IMG/VR virus record: IMGVR_UViG_3300032242_003291
Coordinates: 124,001-188,000 of that record
Strand: one strand, 5' to 3'
Length of the DNA stretch: 64,000 bases
Below are positions 8,731 to 15,035 of the stretch, one piece after another (position 1 is the stretch's first letter; every line of letters begins with the position of its first letter). The notes beneath the pieces are model-generated. The model made no database searches, was not told the DNA's origin, and saw only the letters and a program-made list of their open reading frames with translations. The translations under genes and the position numbers were made by a program.

Positions 8731-8858
8731 CAGGAAAGGAGAAGATGGTTCAGTGGACATCTCCTTTTATGATTGGCATTACTTATGGTAGTTTAAACTC
8801 CGACGATGTCTTATTCCAACCACTACCAGGTTTTTACATCATCATTCCCCAATCAACC
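8731..8858 (-). ncRNA. Candidate structured ncRNA between tRNA-Trp and tRNA-Tyr
   Basis: Stems TGATTGG/CCAATCA and TGGTAGT/ACTACCA, crossing GATGATGT/ACATCGTC, 3' hairpin AAAGGAGA/TCTCCTTT. Confidence 0.6.
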
Positions 8859-8863
8859 TTTAG

Positions 8864-8936
8864 CACGCATGTCAGGACTCGAACCTGAAACTCCTAGTTT
8901 TGGAGACTAGTACTCTACCAATTGAGCTACACACGC
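8864..8936 (-). tRNA. tRNA-Trp(CCA)
   Basis: CTAGT-CTCCAAA-ACTAG anticodon arm. Confidence 0.95.
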
Positions 8937-8944
8937 ATTCTTTG

Positions 8945-9016
8945 AGGTCAGTACAGGATTTGAACCTGTGTAAATAGTTTTGCAGACTATCGCCTAAGCC
9001 ACTCGGCCAACTGACC
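8945..9016 (-). tRNA. tRNA-Cys(GCA)
   Basis: ATAGT-CTGCAAA-ACTAT anticodon arm, U73. Confidence 0.95.
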
Positions 9017-9202
9017 ATTTAATGTTTTTTTCTCCTTATATTTTTTACACCTTTTTTTAGGTATTTCAACATAATAGGAACCAAAGACAGAAGTAAAAAC
9101 TCCAACGTAATTCATACCTTTCTCTCTGACATCCTGTAATACCGTACCCTCATAAAGGTGGGGAAAAATATCTATACTGTCTTTTTTTACTACTACTTTC
9201 AT
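8987..9202 (-). CDS. Hypothetical protein (3' end runs into tRNA-Cys)
   Basis: 71-aa ORF with A-rich start context. Confidence 0.5.
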   Translation of the reverse strand: MKVVVKKDSIDIFPHLYEGTVLQDVREKGMNYVGVFTSVFGSYYVEIPKKRCKKYKEKKTLNGQLAEWLRR

Positions 9203-9212
9203 TTTTTTATTT

Positions 9213-9419
9213 TTAATGTGTTCCGTCTACTAATGAAATACCATGTCTCAAACCTGTAATGAAATCTTCAATGTCTTGTTTTTTCTTGAAGTGTTGACCT
9301 ACAACAACTCCAACTTCATTTCCAAAATCACTTATATCACCATAATAACCAATATCTTCTGAACGAGCTACTAATAATTTTCCCGTTTCTTCAACTAAAT
9401 TTTGTATTATTTTTTCCAT
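9213..9419 (-). CDS. Hypothetical protein
   Basis: ORF; start corrected to MEKII. Confidence 0.55.
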   Translation of the reverse strand: MEKIIQNLVEETGKLLVARSEDIGYYGDISDFGNEVGVVVGQHFKKKQDIEDFITGLRHGISLVDGTH

Positions 9420-9426
9420 ATTTTTT

Positions 9427-9660
9427 TCATTTAACCATATCAAAGTTAAGATTATTATCTGACATTAACTCACGAAGTTCATCCCTTATTTCTTGATAAG
9501 CATCATACTTATCCTGTGGTAAATCATCGGACGCATATTTGGTCTTAGCCCTCAAAGATTGGTCCAATTCCCATAATACACTCCAAAATTTAAGACCCTT
9601 TGTTGCCAATTCAAACTCCTGATTATCGTCAGGTAAATTAAATTCAAGTATCGCTCTCAT
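9427..9660 (-). CDS. Hypothetical phage protein (M-x-AILEFNLPDD family)
   Basis: ORF; start corrected to MRAILEF because the longer frame overlaps tRNA-Phe. Confidence 0.7.
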   Translation of the reverse strand: MRAILEFNLPDDNQEFELATKGLKFWSVLWELDQSLRAKTKYASDDLPQDKYDAYQEIRDELRELMSDNNLNFDMVK

Positions 9661-9675
9661 AACACATTTATTTTG

Positions 9676-9748
9676 TGGTGACGGGCGGAATTGAACCGCC
9701 GACACATAGATTTTCAGTCTATTGCTCTACCAACTGAGCTACGTCACC
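9676..9748 (-). tRNA. tRNA-Phe(GAA)
   Basis: ATAGA-CTGAAAA-TCTAT anticodon arm. Confidence 0.95.
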
Positions 9749-9749
9749 A

Positions 9750-9965
9750 TTAATACACTTCAATATCTTTCAAAGGTACATCTTCTCCCTGAGTGTGCCT
9801 ATAAACTGTGTTGAAAAATTCTCCTAACAATCTATAGTCCTCAGGAATCATATGACAAAAATCAAATGCAGGAATTGCATCATGAATTTTACCTTGAACT
9901 ACTTTATCCCTTTTATCATCTGGTTTGTATTCAAACACAACATGACCTCTAAAAACATATTTCAT
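9750..9965 (-). CDS. Hypothetical protein
   Basis: 71-aa ORF between tRNA-Glu and tRNA-Phe. Confidence 0.6.
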   Translation of the reverse strand: MKYVFRGHVVFEYKPDDKRDKVVQGKIHDAIPAFDFCHMIPEDYRLLGEFFNTVYRHTQGEDVPLKDIEVY

Positions 9966-9978
9966 AATCTTTATTTTG

Positions 9979-10050
9979 TACCCCCGACGGGAATCGAACC
10001 CGTCTTTTCAGGATGAAAACCTGATGACCTAACCGATAGTCGACAGGGGC
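9979..10050 (-). tRNA. tRNA-Glu(UUC)
   Basis: TCAGG-TTTTCAT-CCTGA anticodon arm. Confidence 0.95.
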
Positions 10051-10059
10051 ATTGTTTCA

Positions 10060-10067
10060 CAAAGATA
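10060..10067 (-). promoter_or_regulatory. Bacteroidota-type -7 promoter box before tRNA-Glu
   Basis: TATCTTTG on minus strand with TTTG about 19 nt upstream. Confidence 0.7.
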
Positions 10068-10087
10068 CAACCAATATTTCAAATAAC

Positions 10088-10124
10088 AAAAAAACCCCGA
10101 ACTTCATTTCTGTCGTTCAGGGCT
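10088..10124 (-). terminator. Intrinsic terminator of attenuator candidate 1
   Basis: AAGCCCTGAAC…GTTCGGGGTTT stem followed by T-tract. Confidence 0.8.
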
Positions 10125-10152
10125 TCTATATATAACTCTCTTCAGGAATTAA

Positions 10153-10251
10153 CTAATCTTGAGGGTCACCGTCTGAACTACGTAGCATACTCTCATACCA
10201 ACAAGTTTCTTGCTGTGTACTAAATTCTATATGTTGCATTGTAGTTTTCAT
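10153..10251 (-). CDS. Putative leader peptide 1 (32 aa) ahead of the Glu-to-Ser tRNA run
   Basis: MKTTMQHIEFSTQQETCWYESMLRSSDGDPQD; promoter upstream, terminator downstream; codons match downstream tRNAs. Confidence 0.7.
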   Translation of the reverse strand: MKTTMQHIEFSTQQETCWYESMLRSSDGDPQD

Positions 10252-10267
10252 GTTATTATAATTATAT

Positions 10268-10275
10268 CAAAGATA
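10268..10275 (-). promoter_or_regulatory. Bacteroidota-type promoter driving leader 1
   Basis: TTTGACAA…TATCTTTG on minus strand, 16 nt before the leader ATG. Confidence 0.7.
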
Positions 10276-10335
10276 GGGAATATCTTCGAATTGTCAAATA
10301 TTTTTTTATTACAGTATTAAGAATATTTATATTTA

Positions 10336-10764
10336 ATGAAGGATTTACGTGAAATAATTAAAGAAACCTTATTGTTAGAAATTGCTGAGGTAATTGGTAA
10401 AATTCGTTCGAATTATGATGGAGAACCTTATGTGTTTAATATAAAAACAACTCATCATTCTAATCAAAGAGGGAGGGGAAGAAATGACATTGAATTTTAT
10501 GATGAAAGAGAAGTAACAAAAGAAGAATTAATGGAATTTTTGAAATTGCACATTAAAGATATTTTGAACTCAATAAAAAACGATAATATTATTTCAAATA
10601 TACCATTTGTTATGAAAAGTAAAAAATGGTCATTGTCTCTTGCAATCGGACCAAATAATAAAAGAGGTAATGTTTGGGACTTTGTAATTATGACCGTTTT
10701 CAGAGAAGGATATAATCAAAAATTAAAAACAGGAAAATACCAATTTATTTTGGATGTTCAATAG
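10336..10764 (+). CDS. Hypothetical protein
   Basis: 142-aa ORF preceded by TATTTATA. Confidence 0.65.
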   Translation: MKDLREIIKETLLLEIAEVIGKIRSNYDGEPYVFNIKTTHHSNQRGRGRNDIEFYDEREVTKEELMEFLKLHIKDILNSIKNDNIISNIPFVMKSKKWSLSLAIGPNNKRGNVWDFVIMTVFREGYNQKLKTGKYQFILDVQ

Positions 10765-10771
10765 TTAGATG

Positions 10772-10852
10772 TGCCCCAAGAGAGATTCGAACTCTCATGA
10801 CTTACGTCACTGGTTCCTAAGACCAGCGTGTCTACCGTTCCACCATCAGGGC
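10772..10852 (-). tRNA. tRNA-Leu(UAG)
   Basis: CTGGT-CTTAGGA-ACCAG anticodon arm, long variable arm. Confidence 0.95.
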
Positions 10853-10856
10853 ATGT

Positions 10857-10947
10857 ATCACATCAGACAGGCATTCTACTTCCCGCAAGCACGAAATTGT
10901 ATCTTATTTAACCCTACGTTAGCGGTACGGGTACCTGAAGATATGAT
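10857..10947 (-). ncRNA. Candidate rod-like structured RNA between HNH gene and tRNA-Leu
   Basis: Nested stems ATCATATC/GATGTGAT, CAGGTA/TGCCTG, CCCGTA/TGCGGG. Confidence 0.5.
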
Positions 10948-10948
10948 T

Positions 10949-11398
10949 TTATTTTTTTATTTTTTTTCTCCCCCTCCATGTAGGAGTTAATGAATGACAA
11001 TTAGGACAAAGAACTTTTAAGTTAGTAATATCATTATTTTTATTATTACCGTCCATATGGTCAACTTCCATACTAATTGGTTTACCCATCCATTCTGTTA
11101 TACCGCATTCTTCACATTTGTTTCCTCTTTCTTCTTTAACCCATTTTTTGATACTCCATATATGTGCAGTTTCATAATTTCGTTTTTTTCTAAATGTTTC
11201 CCTTGATTTAGTTATTTTTTCTGGATTAGAGTTATGACTATAATCACAATTTAACCACCATTCAGATTTAAGAACACCTTCACTAATTTTTTTCTTTATA
11301 TCTTCCGTTCTTATTCTTGAATTAGCACAAGATTTAGAACAAAATTTACCACTACCAAAAGAACCATCATGTTCTTTTTCGCATTTTAAGCATTTCAT
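10949..11398 (-). CDS. Free-standing HNH endonuclease with N-terminal Cys-rich zinc finger
   Basis: CLKC…FCSKSC N-terminus; CEECG…EVDHMDGNNKNNDITNLKVLCPNCH HNH motif. Confidence 0.9.
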   Translation of the reverse strand: MKCLKCEKEHDGSFGSGKFCSKSCANSRIRTEDIKKKISEGVLKSEWWLNCDYSHNSNPEKITKSRETFRKKRNYETAHIWSIKKWVKEERGNKCEECGITEWMGKPISMEVDHMDGNNKNNDITNLKVLCPNCHSLTPTWRGRKKIKK

Positions 11399-11402
11399 AA
11401 TT

Positions 11403-11439
11403 GAACTATAATTTATTTATTATAAATAGTCAATAGTTC
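11403..11439 (-). promoter_or_regulatory. Hairpin enclosing TATTTATA and covering the HNH translation-initiation region
   Basis: GAACTAT…TATTTATA…ATAGTTC, 3' arm ends 4 nt before ATG. Confidence 0.55.
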
Positions 11440-11455
11440 GATTATAAGTTATTAG

Positions 11456-11527
11456 TAGTCCCACCAAGACTCGAACTTGGAACATTTCATTAGAAGTGAA
11501 AAGTTATATCCCTTTAACTATAGGACC
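11456..11527 (-). tRNA. tRNA-Arg(UCU)
   Basis: TTTCA-CTTCTAA-TGAAA anticodon arm. Confidence 0.95.
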
Positions 11528-11555
11528 AATATATTACAAAGATAAGGAAAAAAAA

Positions 11556-12296
11556 CTATTCGGCAAAACTTTCTTCGTATATTGTATCTGTATCGTTTTC
11601 TTCTGTATTGTAAGTGTGAACTAACTCAATTTCCATATTATTAAAATTAAATATAAATTCACCATCAGAACCTTCATTTATTTCCCACCCACCATAGTAA
11701 TTTTCAAGTTGTCTATAACACCAATCTTCTATGTCTGTTGGTACTCCATCGCTTGTTTCATCAAAACTACTTTCAATATATCCTGAGTCACCAGAACCAT
11801 TATATTTTACTGTCAATATTCCTCCATTAGGTACTTGAATATCTTCAAAAACACCATCTTTCTCCCACTCTTCGAATATTTCCTGACCATCCTCATCCAC
11901 CCAATGATGAGCACTTGAATCACTTTTTGCATAAAATGTCCACCAATGTTTCACAGATATTTCCTGTGTTTTACTGTCTATATCAAATTCAATTCTTTCA
12001 TAATTCAAATCTTGTTCGTTAGGTTCTTTGAATAAATTTTTGTCTTCAATATAATCTCCAATTTTTTTAAGGATTTGTGTTAATCCATTAGGAATTTCAG
12101 CACTGTAGTTGTTTGAAAAATGAGTTTCTTGTTGCCAATTTATATCGGAAAAATTGAAATCAGACCATCCGTCAATATCCAATTCAATACTGCCATCTCT
12201 CATTCCAAGTGATGACAAGTATCTACAGACTCTTCTGAGGTATTGTTTATCCTCAGGGGTTAATATATTAAACGAATTTACATTTCTTTTTTTCAT
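11556..12296 (-). CDS. Acidic protein with C-terminal DUF6878-like domain
   Basis: VKYNGSGDSGYIE…GGWEINEGSDGEF pattern. Confidence 0.6.
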   Translation of the reverse strand: MKKRNVNSFNILTPEDKQYLRRVCRYLSSLGMRDGSIELDIDGWSDFNFSDINWQQETHFSNNYSAEIPNGLTQILKKIGDYIEDKNLFKEPNEQDLNYERIEFDIDSKTQEISVKHWWTFYAKSDSSAHHWVDEDGQEIFEEWEKDGVFEDIQVPNGGILTVKYNGSGDSGYIESSFDETSDGVPTDIEDWCYRQLENYYGGWEINEGSDGEFIFNFNNMEIELVHTYNTEENDTDTIYEESFAE

Positions 12297-12307
12297 ATAA
12301 ATAAATA

Positions 12308-12934
12308 TTACTCAAAATCTTCTTTCCATGAATCCTTATGATAGTTGAATAACTTAAAATCCTTTTCCAATTTTTCATAAACATAATCAGCAATTTCTTG
12401 GTCATAGTATGTTTTCCAACTAGGTCTATCAGATTTGAATTTATTAACTTTAATAAACTTGTTGAAGGATTCAGTTAATATATCCATATTGTCTCTAATT
12501 ATTGATAATGATTTCAAATCAGATTCTAAATGTTCGTATCTAATATAATATTTTGGTGCCATCGGCATTGCTTTTAGTGCATCGTGACATCTTGTATGCC
12601 AATAATTTTTGTTTGGTTTACCCTGAAATGAATCGCTTGTTGGATTATTAATTGGGTCTGAAAAAACAAATTCCAACCATTCTCTGTAATTCAAATCTTT
12701 TGTATGATGAACTTCAAAAAAATGCCAGTGTGAATGTAATGACGTAAGTCTTGAATATGGATTTCTTATGTTTACATATAAATCATAGTCATCTTTTCCT
12801 TTTTCACGTGGCATTGCAATCTCATGTAAATGAGATTCTGAAAAATTTAACAACTTCATCAATTCAAATGTGGCCCTTGATGCAGTTCTTTCAGGTATTA
12901 ACCATATTACTTTGTATTTGTCTGAATAATTCAT
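12308..12934 (-). CDS. Sulfotransferase-family-like protein
   Basis: IPERTASRA, VNIRNPYSRLTS, IRYEHLESDL, YEKLEKDFKLFNY motifs. Confidence 0.65.
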   Translation of the reverse strand: MNYSDKYKVIWLIPERTASRATFELMKLLNFSESHLHEIAMPREKGKDDYDLYVNIRNPYSRLTSLHSHWHFFEVHHTKDLNYREWLEFVFSDPINNPTSDSFQGKPNKNYWHTRCHDALKAMPMAPKYYIRYEHLESDLKSLSIIRDNMDILTESFNKFIKVNKFKSDRPSWKTYYDQEIADYVYEKLEKDFKLFNYHKDSWKEDFE

Positions 12935-13281
12935 TAATCTTCAATTTTTAGTGTTCTTATCATCCATTGAGGTCTTTGGTTTGTTGCAACATTGTTGACC
13001 CATTCTTTTGCAGATGGTATATAATTATTACAATCTTCCTTAACGTGTTGTTCACCAACATATCTAGTATATACTACCTTACCATCAGAATTTTTGAATT
13101 CTGAACCAAATCTTTTTTCCATCTCAAAAATTCCTTCACTATGATGTCTAAACATTCTGTGTAAAGAATCACCAAACCAACCTTTGGTTTCATCCAACCA
13201 TTCGTGTAAATGAATATAGTCTTCAGGTTTTCCACCAAATTTTTTGGCAGATGATTTTGCGTGTACGTTAGGATGTGCCAT
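12934..13281 (-). CDS. DUF6915-like protein
   Basis: MAHPNVHAKSSAKKFGG…HRMFRHHSEG…GEQHVKED pattern. Confidence 0.7.
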   Translation of the reverse strand: MAHPNVHAKSSAKKFGGKPEDYIHLHEWLDETKGWFGDSLHRMFRHHSEGIFEMEKRFGSEFKNSDGKVVYTRYVGEQHVKEDCNNYIPSAKEWVNNVATNQRPQWMIRTLKIED

Positions 13282-13864
13282 TCTTCCAAGAATCTTTATT
13301 GTAGTTTAATAATATAAAATCTTCCTTCAAATAATCATAAACAAATTGGGCTAATTCATCAGTATAAAATGATTGCCAACTTCTTGGGTCAATACTTTTA
13401 TATGAATTATGACGTATGTGGTTATTAAAAATATATTCTAATTCATCATTAAAATTTTCTTTAATGAACCATAAGTTATTTAAGTCTTCCTCTAACGATT
13501 CAAATCTAACAAAATAATTGGGCATTTTATTCTTAAACGCCTTAACTAAAGAAATATACATTTGTGTTGGTAGAACGTATAAATCATCCATTTCAATGGG
13601 TATTTTTTTTCTAACCCATATTTCAAAGGGGACCTTTTTATCAATTATTTTTGTTTCAATCGAAAAGTTATATATAGAAACTAAACGAGAATAGGGATTT
13701 CTAACATTAGCTGTTAGATAGTAATCCATATACTCAGTGTTATCTATGAACTTATGTTGATTGGAATCGGAAAAATTAAAATATTCCACTATTGGTCTAC
13801 AAGAACGAGTTGCCGCTCTCATTGGTAAAAACCAAAATATTTTTAATTTTTTAGAATATGGCAT
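13268..13864 (-). CDS. Sulfotransferase-family-like protein, paralog of 12308..12934
   Basis: LPMRAATRS, NVRNPYSRLVS, VRFESLEEDL motifs. Confidence 0.65.
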   Translation of the reverse strand: MPYSKKLKIFWFLPMRAATRSCRPIVEYFNFSDSNQHKFIDNTEYMDYYLTANVRNPYSRLVSIYNFSIETKIIDKKVPFEIWVRKKIPIEMDDLYVLPTQMYISLVKAFKNKMPNYFVRFESLEEDLNNLWFIKENFNDELEYIFNNHIRHNSYKSIDPRSWQSFYTDELAQFVYDYLKEDFILLNYNKDSWKNGTS

Positions 13865-14097
13865 TATAAAATTTTCTCGTCTTGTTTTTTTCGAGTTTCA
13901 GACTCTTTTACCATTCTAACCCAAGTCAAAATCACATCGATAGGTGCCAACAACCATGACAAAATTACAACCATTAATACGTCCAAACCTGGAGATAAAC
14001 CAATCTGACCATCGTTGTATTCTTTTTTATACTTTACTCCAAGTTGATAAAAACAATAGAGTAAACTGATAATGTAATAACCAATAAAAATATTCAT
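13864..14097 (-). CDS. Small two-TM membrane protein
   Basis: True start MNIFIGYY at 14097; the longer track ORF runs through tRNA genes. Confidence 0.6.
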   Translation of the reverse strand: MNIFIGYYIISLLYCFYQLGVKYKKEYNDGQIGLSPGLDVLMVVILSWLLAPIDVILTWVRMVKESETRKKQDEKIL

Positions 14098-14111
14098 AAT
14101 AAAAATTTTAG

Positions 14112-14184
14112 AGCCTCCTATCGGAATCGAACCAATGACATTATCATTACAAATGATACGCTCTACCTGCTGAGCTAAGGAGGC
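14112..14184 (-). tRNA. tRNA-Thr(UGU)
   Basis: TATCA-TTTGTAA-TGATA anticodon arm. Confidence 0.95.
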
Positions 14185-14189
14185 AAATA

Positions 14190-14294
14190 TTGGAACTTTG
14201 CGGTATTCCAACTGATGGGTCAGTCCCCACACCTCGGTTCGTGAAATGTAAGTTTCCAACCGATGATACTCTTCTGTCTTACACATTAGTATCC
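14190..14294 (-). ncRNA. Candidate pseudoknotted RNA 3' of tRNA-Gly(GCC)
   Basis: GATACT/AGTATC crossed by GTGTAAG/CTTACAT; further stems TCGGTT/AACCGA and TTGGAA/TTCCAA. Confidence 0.6.
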
Positions 14295-14299
14295 AGATG

Positions 14300-14372
14300 A
14301 GCGGAAGACCAGGCTCGAACTGGCCACCCCAACCTTGGCAAGGTTGTGCTCTACCGAATGAGCTACTTCCGC
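14300..14372 (-). tRNA. tRNA-Gly(GCC)
   Basis: CAACC-TTGCCAA-GGTTG anticodon arm. Confidence 0.95.
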
Positions 14373-14378
14373 TTAAGA

Positions 14379-14425
14379 GTGTAGTGGCGGATATCACACC
14401 TGTGGTTACTACACGTTTTATCCAC
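14379..14425 (-). ncRNA. Candidate H-type pseudoknot 3' of tRNA-Gly(UCC)
   Basis: GTGGATA/TATCCGC crossed by GTGTAGT/ACTACAC. Confidence 0.6.
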
Positions 14426-14429
14426 TTTG

Positions 14430-14502
14430 AGCGGGAGACCAGGCTCGAACTGGCCACCTATAGCTTGGAAGGCTATCGCTCTACCGAATGAGCTACTCCC
14501 GC
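14430..14502 (-). tRNA. tRNA-Gly(UCC)
   Basis: TT-TCC-type loop (CTTCCAA) closed by ATAGC/GCTAT; nearly identical body to tRNA-Gly(GCC). Confidence 0.95.
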
Positions 14503-14504
14503 AT

Positions 14505-14612
14505 GTTCCCGTTTTTTCCTCACATTTAGCCCAATCAACAGTGAGACATTGATTGGATTTTGATTATAGAAGCTTACAAGGTTTCCCCATTAAGCCGTTA
14601 CCACGGGCAAAC
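14505..14612 (-). ncRNA. Candidate multi-stem RNA between tRNA-Asp and tRNA-Gly(UCC)
   Basis: Closing CCCGT/ACGGG, GGCTTA/TAAGCT arm with GAAA loop, CCAATCAA/TTGATTGG arm whose loop CTCAC can pair with GTGAG. Confidence 0.55.
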
Positions 14613-14620
14613 TAATTCAG

Positions 14621-14695
14621 CGGACTAGACGGGACTCGAACCCGCGACCCCAAGCGTGACAAGCTCGTATTCTAACCAAGCTGAACTACCAGTCC
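14621..14695 (-). tRNA. tRNA-Asp(GUC)
   Basis: TT-GTC-AC loop, full cloverleaf, G73. Confidence 0.95.
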
Positions 14696-14701
14696 TTTTT
14701 G

Positions 14702-14773
14702 CTCTTTCTGAGAATTACGATATCTCGACCCCATCATTAACAGTGATGTGCTCTGCCTCTGAGCTAAGAAAGA
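14702..14773 (-). tRNA. tRNA-Asn(GUU) with atypical T-loop
   Basis: CATCA-CTGTTAA-TGATG anticodon arm; T-arm GAGAT-ATCGTAA-TTCTC. Confidence 0.85.
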
Positions 14774-14778
14774 ATCTG

Positions 14779-14851
14779 TAGGGAAGACAGGGTTCGAACC
14801 TGCGACCCCTTGGTCCCAAACCAAGTACGCTACCTACTGCGCTACTTCCCT
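14779..14851 (-). tRNA. tRNA-Pro(UGG)
   Basis: CTTGG-TTTGGGA-CCAAG anticodon arm. Confidence 0.95.
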
Positions 14852-14861
14852 ATTGGTTCAA

Positions 14862-14869
14862 CAAAGATA
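14862..14869 (-). promoter_or_regulatory. Bacteroidota-type -7 promoter box before tRNA-Pro
   Basis: TATCTTTG; a TTG 20 nt upstream lies in the terminator loop. Confidence 0.65.
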
Positions 14870-14871
14870 AT

Positions 14872-14905
14872 AAAAAAACCCTGAACTTTCAAGATTCAGG
14901 GTTTT
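14872..14905 (-). terminator. Intrinsic terminator of attenuator candidate 2
   Basis: AAAACCCTGAAT…GTTCAGGGTTTT stem plus T-tract. Confidence 0.85.
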
Positions 14906-14926
14906 AATATTTGGCTTTATTTGTTA

Positions 14927-15022
14927 TTACCATCCACTAGCTTCTGAACTTAAGCATAAGATACCCGTGCCACCGTTAGTCGGCGTGAATCCCAAATCTG
15001 TATCTAAATTCAAATGTCTCAT
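14927..15022 (-). CDS. Putative leader peptide 2 (31 aa) ahead of the Pro-to-Thr tRNA run
   Basis: MRHLNLDTDLGFTPTNGGTGILCLSSEASGW; TATTTATA upstream, terminator downstream; codons match downstream tRNAs. Confidence 0.7.
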   Translation of the reverse strand: MRHLNLDTDLGFTPTNGGTGILCLSSEASGW

Positions 15023-15035
15023 AGTGTAATAATAT

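Noticed and set aside
10895-10935. TTAAATA after a hairpin, resembling the pistol ribozyme linker
   Set aside because: Required pseudoknot partner and P2/P3 arrangement could not be formed
10769-10990. Track ORF on plus strand
   Set aside because: Antisense to tRNA-Leu and the adjacent structured RNA
14246-14425. Calling the tRNA-Gly trailers canonical HDV-like/theta ribozymes
   Set aside because: No YCC loop with GG for P1.1 and no J4/2 catalytic C strand; only position and P1/P2 crossing agree
13864-14491. Track ORFs 13864..14457 (long form) and 14297..14491
   Set aside because: They run through or antisense to tRNA-Thr and both tRNA-Gly genes; only 13864..14097 looks like a real gene
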